A stretch of DNA of 42,096 bases from a virus (lineage: Duplodnaviria > Caudoviricetes): positions 1 to 42,096 of the IMG/VR virus record IMGVR_UViG_3300017646_000170. One strand, written 5' to 3'. The notes beneath the pieces were generated by a model, which saw nothing but the letters and a program-made list of their open reading frames with translations, made no database searches and had not been told where the DNA came from. Shown in pieces: positions 35,090 through 42,096 of the stretch; the first letter of the stretch is position 1, and every line of letters starts with the position of its first letter. Made by a program: the position numbers and the translations under genes.

Positions 35090-38000
35090 ATGGCCACCCT
35101 CGTTCTCGGCGCGGCCGGCGCCGCCATTGGCGGCAGCATCGGCGGCGCGATCCTCGGCGTCAGCGCCGCGACCATCGGCGGGTTCATCGGCTCCAGCATC
35201 GGCTCGGTCGTCGACAGCTGGATAATCTCGTCGCTGGCGCCGACGCAGCGCATCGAGGGTGCGCGGCTCGACACGCTACGCATCACCTCGGCCACCGAGG
35301 GCGCGGTGATCCCGCGGCTCTACGGCCGGATGCGCATGGGCGGCAACATCATCTGGGCCACGGATTTTCGCGAGGAGACGAAGACCACCACCCAAGGCGG
35401 CGGCAAGGGCGGCGGGGGCGGCAAGGTCAAGACCACCGAGTATCTCTACTACGCCTCTTTCGCCGTCGCGCTTTGCGAGGGACCGATCACCGGGATCGGG
35501 CGCATCTGGGCCGACGGCAAGCCGATGGACCTCTCCGGCGTCACCTGGCGCTGGTATCCGGGCGACGAGGCGCAGGCGGCCGATCCGTTGATCGCGGCGA
35601 AGATGGGTGCGGCGAATACCCCGGCCTATCGCGGCACGGCCTATGTGGTCTTCGAGGAGCTGGCACTTTCGACCTACGGCAACCGCCTGCCGCAGCTGTC
35701 CTTCGAGGTGTTCCGGCCGCTCGCCGATCCCGACACCGCCGAAGGGCTGACCCGCGCCGTCACCATGATCCCGGCCTCGGGCGAGTTCACCTATGCCACG
35801 CAGGCCATCCGCAAGACCGATGGCGGCGCGACGGTGCCCGAGAACCTGAACGCGCTGGCCGACTCCACCGACATGGTCGAGGCGCTTGACCGACTGCAGG
35901 CGATGGCCCCTGCGGTCGAGAGCGTCAGCCTCGTCGTCGCCTGGTTCGGCAACGATCTGCGCGCGGGCTCCTGCAAGGTGCGGCCGGGCGTCGAGGTGTC
36001 GGCCAAGTCGACCACGCCCGCCGGTTGGGCGGTGAATGGCGTCAGCCGCGCCAGCGCCTTCCTCGTCAGCCGCGACGATCAGGACCGCCCGGTTTATGGC
36101 GGCACGCCGTCCGACTTCGCCGTCGTGCAGGCGATCCACGAGATGAAGGCGCGCGGGCTGCGCGTCACCTTCTATCCGTTCATCCTGATGGACGTGCCGC
36201 CCGGCAACACGCTGCCGAACCCGTATTCCGACAATGCCGCCGAGACGGGGCAGCCCGCGTTCCCGTGGCGGGGGCGGATCACCTGTTCTCCCGCCGCAGG
36301 CTACGCGGGATCGGTGGACAAGACCGCCACGGCCGCAAGCCAGGTCGCGGCGCTGTTCGGCGCGGCCACGCCCGCCAGCTTCAGCGTCTCGGGGCAGTCT
36401 GTCTCGTGGGCAGGCACGCCCGGCGACTGGGGCCTGCGCCGCATGGTGCTGCACTACGCCCATCTCTGCGCGGCGGCGGGCGGGGTCGATGCCTTCCTGA
36501 TCGGCACCGAGATGCCGGGGCTGACGACGATCCGCTCGGGCGCCAGCACCTATCCGGCGGTGCAGGCCTATCGGGATCTGCTCGCGGATGTGCGCTCGAT
36601 CCTCGGGTCCGGCACGAAGATCGGCTACGCCGCCGACTGGAGCGAGTATTTCGGCCACCAGCCGGGCAACAGCAGCGGCGACGTGTTCTTCCATCTCGAT
36701 CCGCTCTGGGCGGACCCGGAGACCGATTTCGTCGGGATCGACAACTACATGCCGCTCTCCGACTGGCGCGACGGGTTCGAGCATCTCGACGCGGCCGAGG
36801 GCTGGCCCGCGATCTACGACCGGGTCTACCTGCAGGAGAACATCGCGGGCGGCGAAGGCTTCGACTGGTTCTATGCCAGCGCCGCCGACCGCTCCGCGCA
36901 GGTCCGCACGCCGATCACCGACGGCGCCGCCAGCAAGCCGTGGGTGTTCCGCTACAAGGATCTGCGCGCCTGGTGGTCGAACGCGCACTACGACCGCCCC
37001 GGTGGGGTGGAGAGCGGGACGCCGACTGCCTGGGTGCCGCAGTCGAAGCCGATCTGGTTCACCGAGTTGGGCTGTCCGGCCATCGACCGGGGCACCAACC
37101 AGCCCAACGTCTTCTTCGACCCGAAGTCGTCCGAGAGCTTCACGCCGCATTTCTCGCGGGGCTGGCGCGATGACGCCATCCAACGCGCCTATCTCGAGGC
37201 GACCTATCTCTGGTGGGGCGAGGCCACGAACAACCCGGTGTCCTCAGTCTACGGCGGCCGCATGGTGCATGTCCCCGAATGCGCTGCCTGGACCTGGGAC
37301 GCGCGGCCCTATCCCTTCTTCCCGGCGCTGACCGACGTCTGGACGGACGGGGCGAACTGGCGGCTCGGCCACTGGCTGACGGGGCGGCTCGGCGCGGTGT
37401 CGCTGGCGGCGCTGGTCCGGCACCTCTGCCTGCGGGCCGGGCTGGTCGAGTCCCGGATCGACGTAACCGGGCTTTGGGGCGCAGTGGAGGGCTACGCCAT
37501 CACCGCGCTGGAAAGCCCGCGCGCCACGATCACCACGCTGTCGCGGCATTTCGGCTTCGACGCCGTCGAGACCGAGGGGGTGATCCGCTTTGTCATGCGC
37601 GGCCGAGCGTCGGTCGCCACCCTCGCACCCGACGATCTGGTGGCCGCCCGCGAGGGCGACGTGCTGGAACTGACGCGCGGCCAGGAGACCGAACTGCCTC
37701 AAGCGCTGAAATGGCAGGTCGCGCGTGCCGACGAGGATTACGACGCGGCCCTCGTCGAGGCGCGGCGGATCACGGTGGACACAACCCGGATCGCGTCCGA
37801 GTCCTTCCCGATGGCCGTGCCGCCCGAGGAGGCCGAGCGCCGCTGCCGCCGTGCCTTGATGGAGGCGTGGGTGGGCCGGGAGACGACGGCGTTCCGCCTG
37901 CCGCCCTCGCGGCTCGCGCTCGATCCGGCCGACGCGATCCGACTGGAGCATGACGGTCGGCTGGTCGATCTGCGGCTCGTCTCCATCGCCGACGCCGAAG

Positions 38001-39055
38001 CGCGCGGCATCGAGGCGGTCCGCCAGGACCGCGCGACCTACGACCTGCCGTCCGGCGATCCCCGCGCAGCGTCGCTGACGCGCGCCGTGGTGTTCGGCGC
38101 GCCGGACGCGGTGCTGCTGGACCTGCCGCAGCTGACCGAGGATCAGCCCGCGCACCGGCCGATGGTCGCGGCGCATGCAGTACCGTGGCCCGGCGAGATG
38201 GCGGTGTTCCGCAGCCCCTCGACCGATGGCTTCGATCTGCTGACCACGTTTGGCAGCCGCGCCCGGATCGGGGCGCTGGTCTCGGACCTCTTCGCGGGCC
38301 CGACCTCGCGCTTCGACCTCGGCAACGTGCTGGTCGTAGATCTGCTGACCGGCACGCTGGAAAGCGTAACCGACCTGACCCTCTTCGGTGGGGCCAATGC
38401 CATCGCCATCGAGAGCGCGCCCGGTGTCTGGGAGATCGTGCAGGCGGGCGCGGCCGAGCTGACCGCGCCGGGCCGGTATCGGCTCACCCGGCTTCTCCGC
38501 GGCCAGCGCGGCACCGAGGGCGCCATGGGTAACCCGGCGCCCGCTGGCGCGCGGGTGGTGGTGCTCGACGACAGCCTCGCATCGCTGCCGATCGCCGAGG
38601 CCGATCTCGGCATCCCGTGGAACTGGCGCATCGGCCCGGCCAGCCGCCCGGTCAGCGACGAGACCTATGTCGCGCAGGCCTTCACACCCGCGGGCGTCGG
38701 GCTCAGGCCGTTGTCCGTCGCCCATGTCCAGCAGCCGTGGCGCAAGCCGCGCAGTCCCGGCGATCTGACGATCCGCTGGACGCGCCGGTCGCGCGCGCTC
38801 GCGGCGGACAGCTGGGGCGGGCTCGAGGTGCCGCTCGGCGAGGAGCTGGAGGCCTACGAGGTCGAGATCCTCGACGGCGCCACCGTGAAGCGGGCGCTGA
38901 GCGTGACCAACACCAGCGCGCTCTACACGGCCGCCCAGCAGACCGCCGACTGGGGCGCGCTGCTCGGCCCCGGCGACACGCTCGACATCCGCATCTTCCA
39001 GCTGTCCGCCCTCGTGGGGCGGGGCGCGCCCAAGACCGTCACGCTGAGCTTCTGA
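35090..39055 (+). CDS. Baseplate multidomain protein (megatron; RcGTA g15-like, GTA-TIM domain)
   Basis: 1321 aa; PAYRG.AYVVFE, YAADWSEY, IDNYMPLSDWRDG, WTWDARP.P, LLRGQRGTE. Confidence 0.93.
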   Translation: MATLVLGAAGAAIGGSIGGAILGVSAATIGGFIGSSIGSVVDSWIISSLAPTQRIEGARLDTLRITSATEGAVIPRLYGRMRMGGNIIWATDFREETKTTTQGGGKGGGGGKVKTTEYLYYASFAVALCEGPITGIGRIWADGKPMDLSGVTWRWYPGDEAQAADPLIAAKMGAANTPAYRGTAYVVFEELALSTYGNRLPQLSFEVFRPLADPDTAEGLTRAVTMIPASGEFTYATQAIRKTDGGATVPENLNALADSTDMVEALDRLQAMAPAVESVSLVVAWFGNDLRAGSCKVRPGVEVSAKSTTPAGWAVNGVSRASAFLVSRDDQDRPVYGGTPSDFAVVQAIHEMKARGLRVTFYPFILMDVPPGNTLPNPYSDNAAETGQPAFPWRGRITCSPAAGYAGSVDKTATAASQVAALFGAATPASFSVSGQSVSWAGTPGDWGLRRMVLHYAHLCAAAGGVDAFLIGTEMPGLTTIRSGASTYPAVQAYRDLLADVRSILGSGTKIGYAADWSEYFGHQPGNSSGDVFFHLDPLWADPETDFVGIDNYMPLSDWRDGFEHLDAAEGWPAIYDRVYLQENIAGGEGFDWFYASAADRSAQVRTPITDGAASKPWVFRYKDLRAWWSNAHYDRPGGVESGTPTAWVPQSKPIWFTELGCPAIDRGTNQPNVFFDPKSSESFTPHFSRGWRDDAIQRAYLEATYLWWGEATNNPVSSVYGGRMVHVPECAAWTWDARPYPFFPALTDVWTDGANWRLGHWLTGRLGAVSLAALVRHLCLRAGLVESRIDVTGLWGAVEGYAITALESPRATITTLSRHFGFDAVETEGVIRFVMRGRASVATLAPDDLVAAREGDVLELTRGQETELPQALKWQVARADEDYDAALVEARRITVDTTRIASESFPMAVPPEEAERRCRRALMEAWVGRETTAFRLPPSRLALDPADAIRLEHDGRLVDLRLVSIADAEARGIEAVRQDRATYDLPSGDPRAASLTRAVVFGAPDAVLLDLPQLTEDQPAHRPMVAAHAVPWPGEMAVFRSPSTDGFDLLTTFGSRARIGALVSDLFAGPTSRFDLGNVLVVDLLTGTLESVTDLTLFGGANAIAIESAPGVWEIVQAGAAELTAPGRYRLTRLLRGQRGTEGAMGNPAPAGARVVVLDDSLASLPIAEADLGIPWNWRIGPASRPVSDETYVAQAFTPAGVGLRPLSVAHVQQPWRKPRSPGDLTIRWTRRSRALAADSWGGLEVPLGEELEAYEVEILDGATVKRALSVTNTSALYTAAQQTADWGALLGPGDTLDIRIFQLSALVGRGAPKTVTLSF

Positions 39056-39108
39056 GGCGGCGCAATGAGTTCTGGAAGGGCAAGCATCCTACGGCGTAAG
39101 CTCGGGAC

Positions 39109-39489
39109 ATGCGCCCCGAGGACGAAGACCGGATTGCCGCCAAGCTTGCCAGAGTGATGGCCGTGGCCTGCGTGCGAAACACGCAGCTCGAGACCCTGCA
39201 TGCCGGCCTCACGCCCGTGTCGCACACGGGTGATGGCAGCGACGTCATCGTGGAGGACGCCGCGGGCCGACGCATACCCTGGTCCGAGGTCTCGCGGATC
39301 AATGACGATGAGATGCGCGCGTTGATGCGCGAGATCGTGGATCGCCTCTACACCTTTCATTTGCGGATCGACGATCCGGCTTTCCGGGCCGAGATCGATC
39401 GCTGGGCCGCGATGACCGCGCAGTGGGACGCGCCGAAGCCCGACCCGGTTCTGTCGGCCATTCCGGCGGAGACGCCCGAGCGCGGGTAG
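39109..39489 (+). CDS. Hypothetical protein inserted between tail genes
   Basis: 126 aa; CVRNT.LE.LHAG, SRI.D.EM..LM.EIVDRLYTF. Confidence 0.7.
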   Translation: MRPEDEDRIAAKLARVMAVACVRNTQLETLHAGLTPVSHTGDGSDVIVEDAAGRRIPWSEVSRINDDEMRALMREIVDRLYTFHLRIDDPAFRAEIDRWAAMTAQWDAPKPDPVLSAIPAETPERG

Positions 39490-39518
39490 CTCGTCAGCAC
39501 CACCGCCGCGCCTTCATC

Positions 39519-39550
39519 CGCCGCCTGCCATGCAGGCGGCGTTCTTCGTT
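39519..39550 (+). terminator. Intrinsic terminator candidate
   Basis: CGCCGCCTGC-CAT-GCAGGCGGCG-TTCTTCGTT. Confidence 0.6.
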
Positions 39551-39562
39551 CTGGAGACCGCC

Positions 39563-40639
39563 ATGTCCGACGCCACGACCCATCTCCTGCTGCCTTACAT
39601 CCTGGCGGCGCAGGCCCAGAAGCACGTCACCCACAACGAGGCGCTGCGGATCCTCGACGGGCTTGTCCAGCTCTCCGTGCTCGACCGCGATCTGACAGCG
39701 CCGCCCGGTAGCCCCGCCGATGGCGATCGCTACATTGTCGGCTCGGGCGCGACAGGCGACTGGGCGGGGTGGGACCTGAACGTCGCGCTCTGGACCGACG
39801 GAGCCTGGCTGCGCCTGCCGCCACGGACTGGCTGGCGCGCGTGGGTCGAGGACGAGGGCCTGCTGCTGGTCTATGACGGCGCGACCTGGATCGGCACGAC
39901 GCCCGCGTCGCTGCAGAACTTGGCGCTAATGGGGCTGGGCACGACGGCGGACGCCTCGAACCCGTTCTCGGCCAAGCTGAACGCCGCGCTCTGGACGGCG
40001 AAAACCGTGGCCGAGGGCGGCACGGGCGATCTGTTCTACACCATGAACAAGGAGGCGGCCGGCGACGATCTCGGGCTGACGCTCCAGACCGGATTCGTGA
40101 CCAAGGCGCTGGTCGGCCTCTTCGGCTCGGACCGCTTCCGGCTCGCGGTCTCGGCCGACGGCAGCACCTTCTTCGACGGGCTGAGTGTCGACAACGCGAC
40201 CGGCATCGTCGATCAGCCCCGGCTGCCGCGGTTCAAGGCGTACACCAACTACGACAACTACGTTGGCGTCGGGACCTGGACGAAGATCGGCCTCAACAAC
40301 ACCGACTACAACGACCAGGGGGCGTTCGACACCGCGAACAACCACTTCGTGGCCCCGGTCGACGGCACCTATCTCTTCGGCGCGACGCTGCTCTACAAGA
40401 TCAACGCAAGCGCCACGGCGCGCATGCGCGGGCGGCTGGTGCTGAACGGAACCACGGAAATCCGAGGCTCCCTCGGGGAGATCTCCGCCACCCATGTCTC
40501 GCTCGCCACCGCCATCTGGCTGCAGACGATGGTCCTGCTGACTGCCGGCGATACCGTCGAGTTGCAGGGGTATTTCCGGGTCGCGGACGGCTATTTCGCC
40601 GCCGACCACACGTCCTTCTGGGGCTGCAAGATCGGCTGA
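39563..40639 (+). CDS. Tail fibre / receptor-binding protein (DUF2793 plus C1q-like domain)
   Basis: QAQKHVTHNEAL..LDGLVQL; C-terminal F.APVDG.Y.F and L.AGD.VEL C1q-like motifs; GGAG RBS. Confidence 0.85.
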   Translation: MSDATTHLLLPYILAAQAQKHVTHNEALRILDGLVQLSVLDRDLTAPPGSPADGDRYIVGSGATGDWAGWDLNVALWTDGAWLRLPPRTGWRAWVEDEGLLLVYDGATWIGTTPASLQNLALMGLGTTADASNPFSAKLNAALWTAKTVAEGGTGDLFYTMNKEAAGDDLGLTLQTGFVTKALVGLFGSDRFRLAVSADGSTFFDGLSVDNATGIVDQPRLPRFKAYTNYDNYVGVGTWTKIGLNNTDYNDQGAFDTANNHFVAPVDGTYLFGATLLYKINASATARMRGRLVLNGTTEIRGSLGEISATHVSLATAIWLQTMVLLTAGDTVELQGYFRVADGYFAADHTSFWGCKIG

Positions 40640-40651
40640 GGGAGGCGCGCC

Positions 40652-40942
40652 ATGGCACCCCAAAGACCCGAGGACGGTTTCGTCCGCATGCCGGAGCACG
40701 AGTTCGAGGCGATCTTGGCGCGCGCCGCGGAAGTAGGTGCGAAGCGTGCGCTGGCCGATGTCGGGCTGGAAGGCGACGAGGCCGCGCTCGACATCCGCGA
40801 CCTGCGCTCCCTGGTGGACTGCATCCGGATCGTGCGCCGCACGGCGATACAAACCGCCGTTCGTGTGATCACCACCGGCGTCATGCTGGCGTTGCTCGCC
40901 GGCATCGCCATCAAGCTCAAGATCTTCGGCGGTAGTCCGTAG
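40652..40942 (+). CDS. Membrane protein (DUF6127-like), putative holin (lysis cassette 2)
   Basis: AAE.GA.RAL..VGL....A..DI.DLR.L with a C-terminal TM segment. Confidence 0.72.
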   Translation: MAPQRPEDGFVRMPEHEFEAILARAAEVGAKRALADVGLEGDEAALDIRDLRSLVDCIRIVRRTAIQTAVRVITTGVMLALLAGIAIKLKIFGGSP

Positions 40943-41013
40943 CACGTCACCATCCCATCCATCAGCCCACCAGCACCCGCCCACGAGACGGGCTTTTCGT
41001 TTCGGAGGACCCC

Positions 41014-41688
41014 ATGACGACGACCTTCCACCGCAACTGGCGCGACGTGCTAGAGAACACCTGGCGCTGGCCGAATTTCAGCCCTGCTGAGATCGCCTGC
41101 CGAGGCACCGGTAAGCTGCTCATCAACGAGCCCGCGCTCGACAAGCTGCAGGCGCTCCGCGACCGGCTGGGCAAGCCGCTGATCGTCCGTTCCGCCTATC
41201 GCAGCCCCGAGCACAACCGTGCTGTCGGCGGCGCGACCCGGTCGAAACACCTCGACGGCGCCGCCTTCGACATCGCCATGGCGAACCATGACCCGGTGGC
41301 CTTCGAGGCCGCGGCGCGGGAGGTCGGGTTCCTCGGCTTCGGCTTCTATCCGCGCTCGGGGTTTATCCATGTCGACCTCGGCCCCGCACGCCAGTGGGGC
41401 GAGCGGTTCCCGGCACGTGCTGTTCCCTTCGCGGCCGAGGCCCCGCCGGCGCGCGAGGTCTTGGCGCGGAGTCGGACCATGAAGGGCGGTGGCGCGGCGG
41501 GCGTCGCGACGCTCGGAGCGGCCGGTGTCGAGGTGGCGCAGCAGGTGCTCACCGAGACCCAGACCGCGATGCTGCCGCTGGTCCCATACCTCGATACCCT
41601 GCGGTGGGTGTTCATCGCGGTCGCGCTCAGCGGCATCGCCGTCACGATCTACGCGCGCCTCGATGACTGGCGCCGGGGGCGGCGGTGA
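41014..41688 (+). CDS. Peptidase M15A-family endolysin with C-terminal hydrophobic segments
   Basis: SAYRSPEHN..VGG...S.H..G.A.D and FIHVD zinc motifs. Confidence 0.9.
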   Translation: MTTTFHRNWRDVLENTWRWPNFSPAEIACRGTGKLLINEPALDKLQALRDRLGKPLIVRSAYRSPEHNRAVGGATRSKHLDGAAFDIAMANHDPVAFEAAAREVGFLGFGFYPRSGFIHVDLGPARQWGERFPARAVPFAAEAPPAREVLARSRTMKGGGAAGVATLGAAGVEVAQQVLTETQTAMLPLVPYLDTLRWVFIAVALSGIAVTIYARLDDWRRGRR

Positions 41689-41942
41689 TTGGCGGTCTCC
41701 TCGCCACGATCGCCGGATCGGCATGGGCGCGCAAGGCGCTCCGCTACAGCGTCACCGCCCTTGCGATCCTTCTGTTCCTGCTGTCCCTGCGCCGCTCCGG
41801 CGAGCGCGCCGGCCGACTGGCAGAGCAGCTCGAAACCATGGAGAAAACCCATGACGCACAACGACGGATGCTCGAGGCGGCGGCGCGTCGCCCTCGCTCT
41901 CGCGACGATCTGGCTGAGCGGCTGCGCGACGGGCGCTTCTGA
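41685..41942 (+). CDS. i-spanin-like protein
   Basis: TM segment then coiled region ending LRDGRF; GTGA coupling. Confidence 0.7.
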   Translation: MIGGLLATIAGSAWARKALRYSVTALAILLFLLSLRRSGERAGRLAEQLETMEKTHDAQRRMLEAAARRPRSRDDLAERLRDGRF

Positions 41943-42096
41943 CCTCACTGGCCTCGGGGTGTGCCCGCCGGTCGTCGAATACAGCCGGGAGTTCCAGGCG
42001 CAGGCGGCCGAGGAACTGACCCTGCTGCCGGAAGGGTCGGCAATTGCAGTGATGCTGGCGGACTACGTGGTGATGCGAGAGCAGGCGCGGCGGTAG
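41851..42096 (+). CDS. o-spanin-like lipoprotein
   Basis: RRRRVALALATIWLSG-C lipobox and CPPVVEY in the overlapping frame. Confidence 0.7.
   Translation: MTHNDGCSRRRRVALALATIWLSGCATGASDLTGLGVCPPVVEYSREFQAQAAEELTLLPEGSAIAVMLADYVVMREQARR

Larger units (their letters stand above)
387..42096. mobile_element. Prophage (siphovirus-type; lambda-like head, RcGTA-like baseplate, serine integrase)
   Basis: Ordered integration, replication, packaging, head, tail and lysis modules with extensive start/stop overlaps; att sites not identified, so boundaries are approximate. Confidence 0.93.

Noticed and set aside
31327-39055. Calling the region a gene transfer agent
   Set aside because: Integrase, replication genes, putative origin and lambda-type head indicate a true prophage
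39563-40639. Diversity-generating retroelement or invertible fibre cassette
   Set aside because: No reverse transcriptase, template repeat, or duplicated fibre segments seen
40979-40997. Terminator before the M15 endolysin
   Set aside because: Only a 4-bp stem (GCCC/GGGC) before the T-run; too weak to call

Overview
A nearly complete, apparently intact GC-rich prophage of alphaproteobacterial (Rhodobacteraceae-like) type, about 387-42096. Modules from left to right: a Phd/YefM-like gene coupled to the start of a type I R-M hsdM gene at the window edge; a leftward operon (97-aa ORF, AAA_24/Sak4-like ATPase, SSB-like protein, SF2 helicase, DUF2924, large serine recombinase); an ECF-like sigma factor and two large unknown genes; a rightward replication operon (Cas4-like nuclease, P4-type primase/helicase, iteron-like origin, RuvC-like resolvase, HTH regulator); a ParB-methyltransferase; a lambda-like head; a tail with a -1 frameshift chaperone and RcGTA-like baseplate genes; two separate lysis cassettes; and morons including vapBC. 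The most interesting signal is the control region. No CI/Cro-like repressor is recognisable. Instead an alphaproteobacterial LexA box sits beside a sigma70-like promoter for two unknown genes upstream of the phage sigma factor, and an identical bipartite motif CCGACAGTC-N10-GCCGGTAGGTGA heads both divergent early operons. This suggests a LexA-gated sigma-cascade induction switch (inference). All family names are recognised from motifs, synteny and memory; no database search was run.
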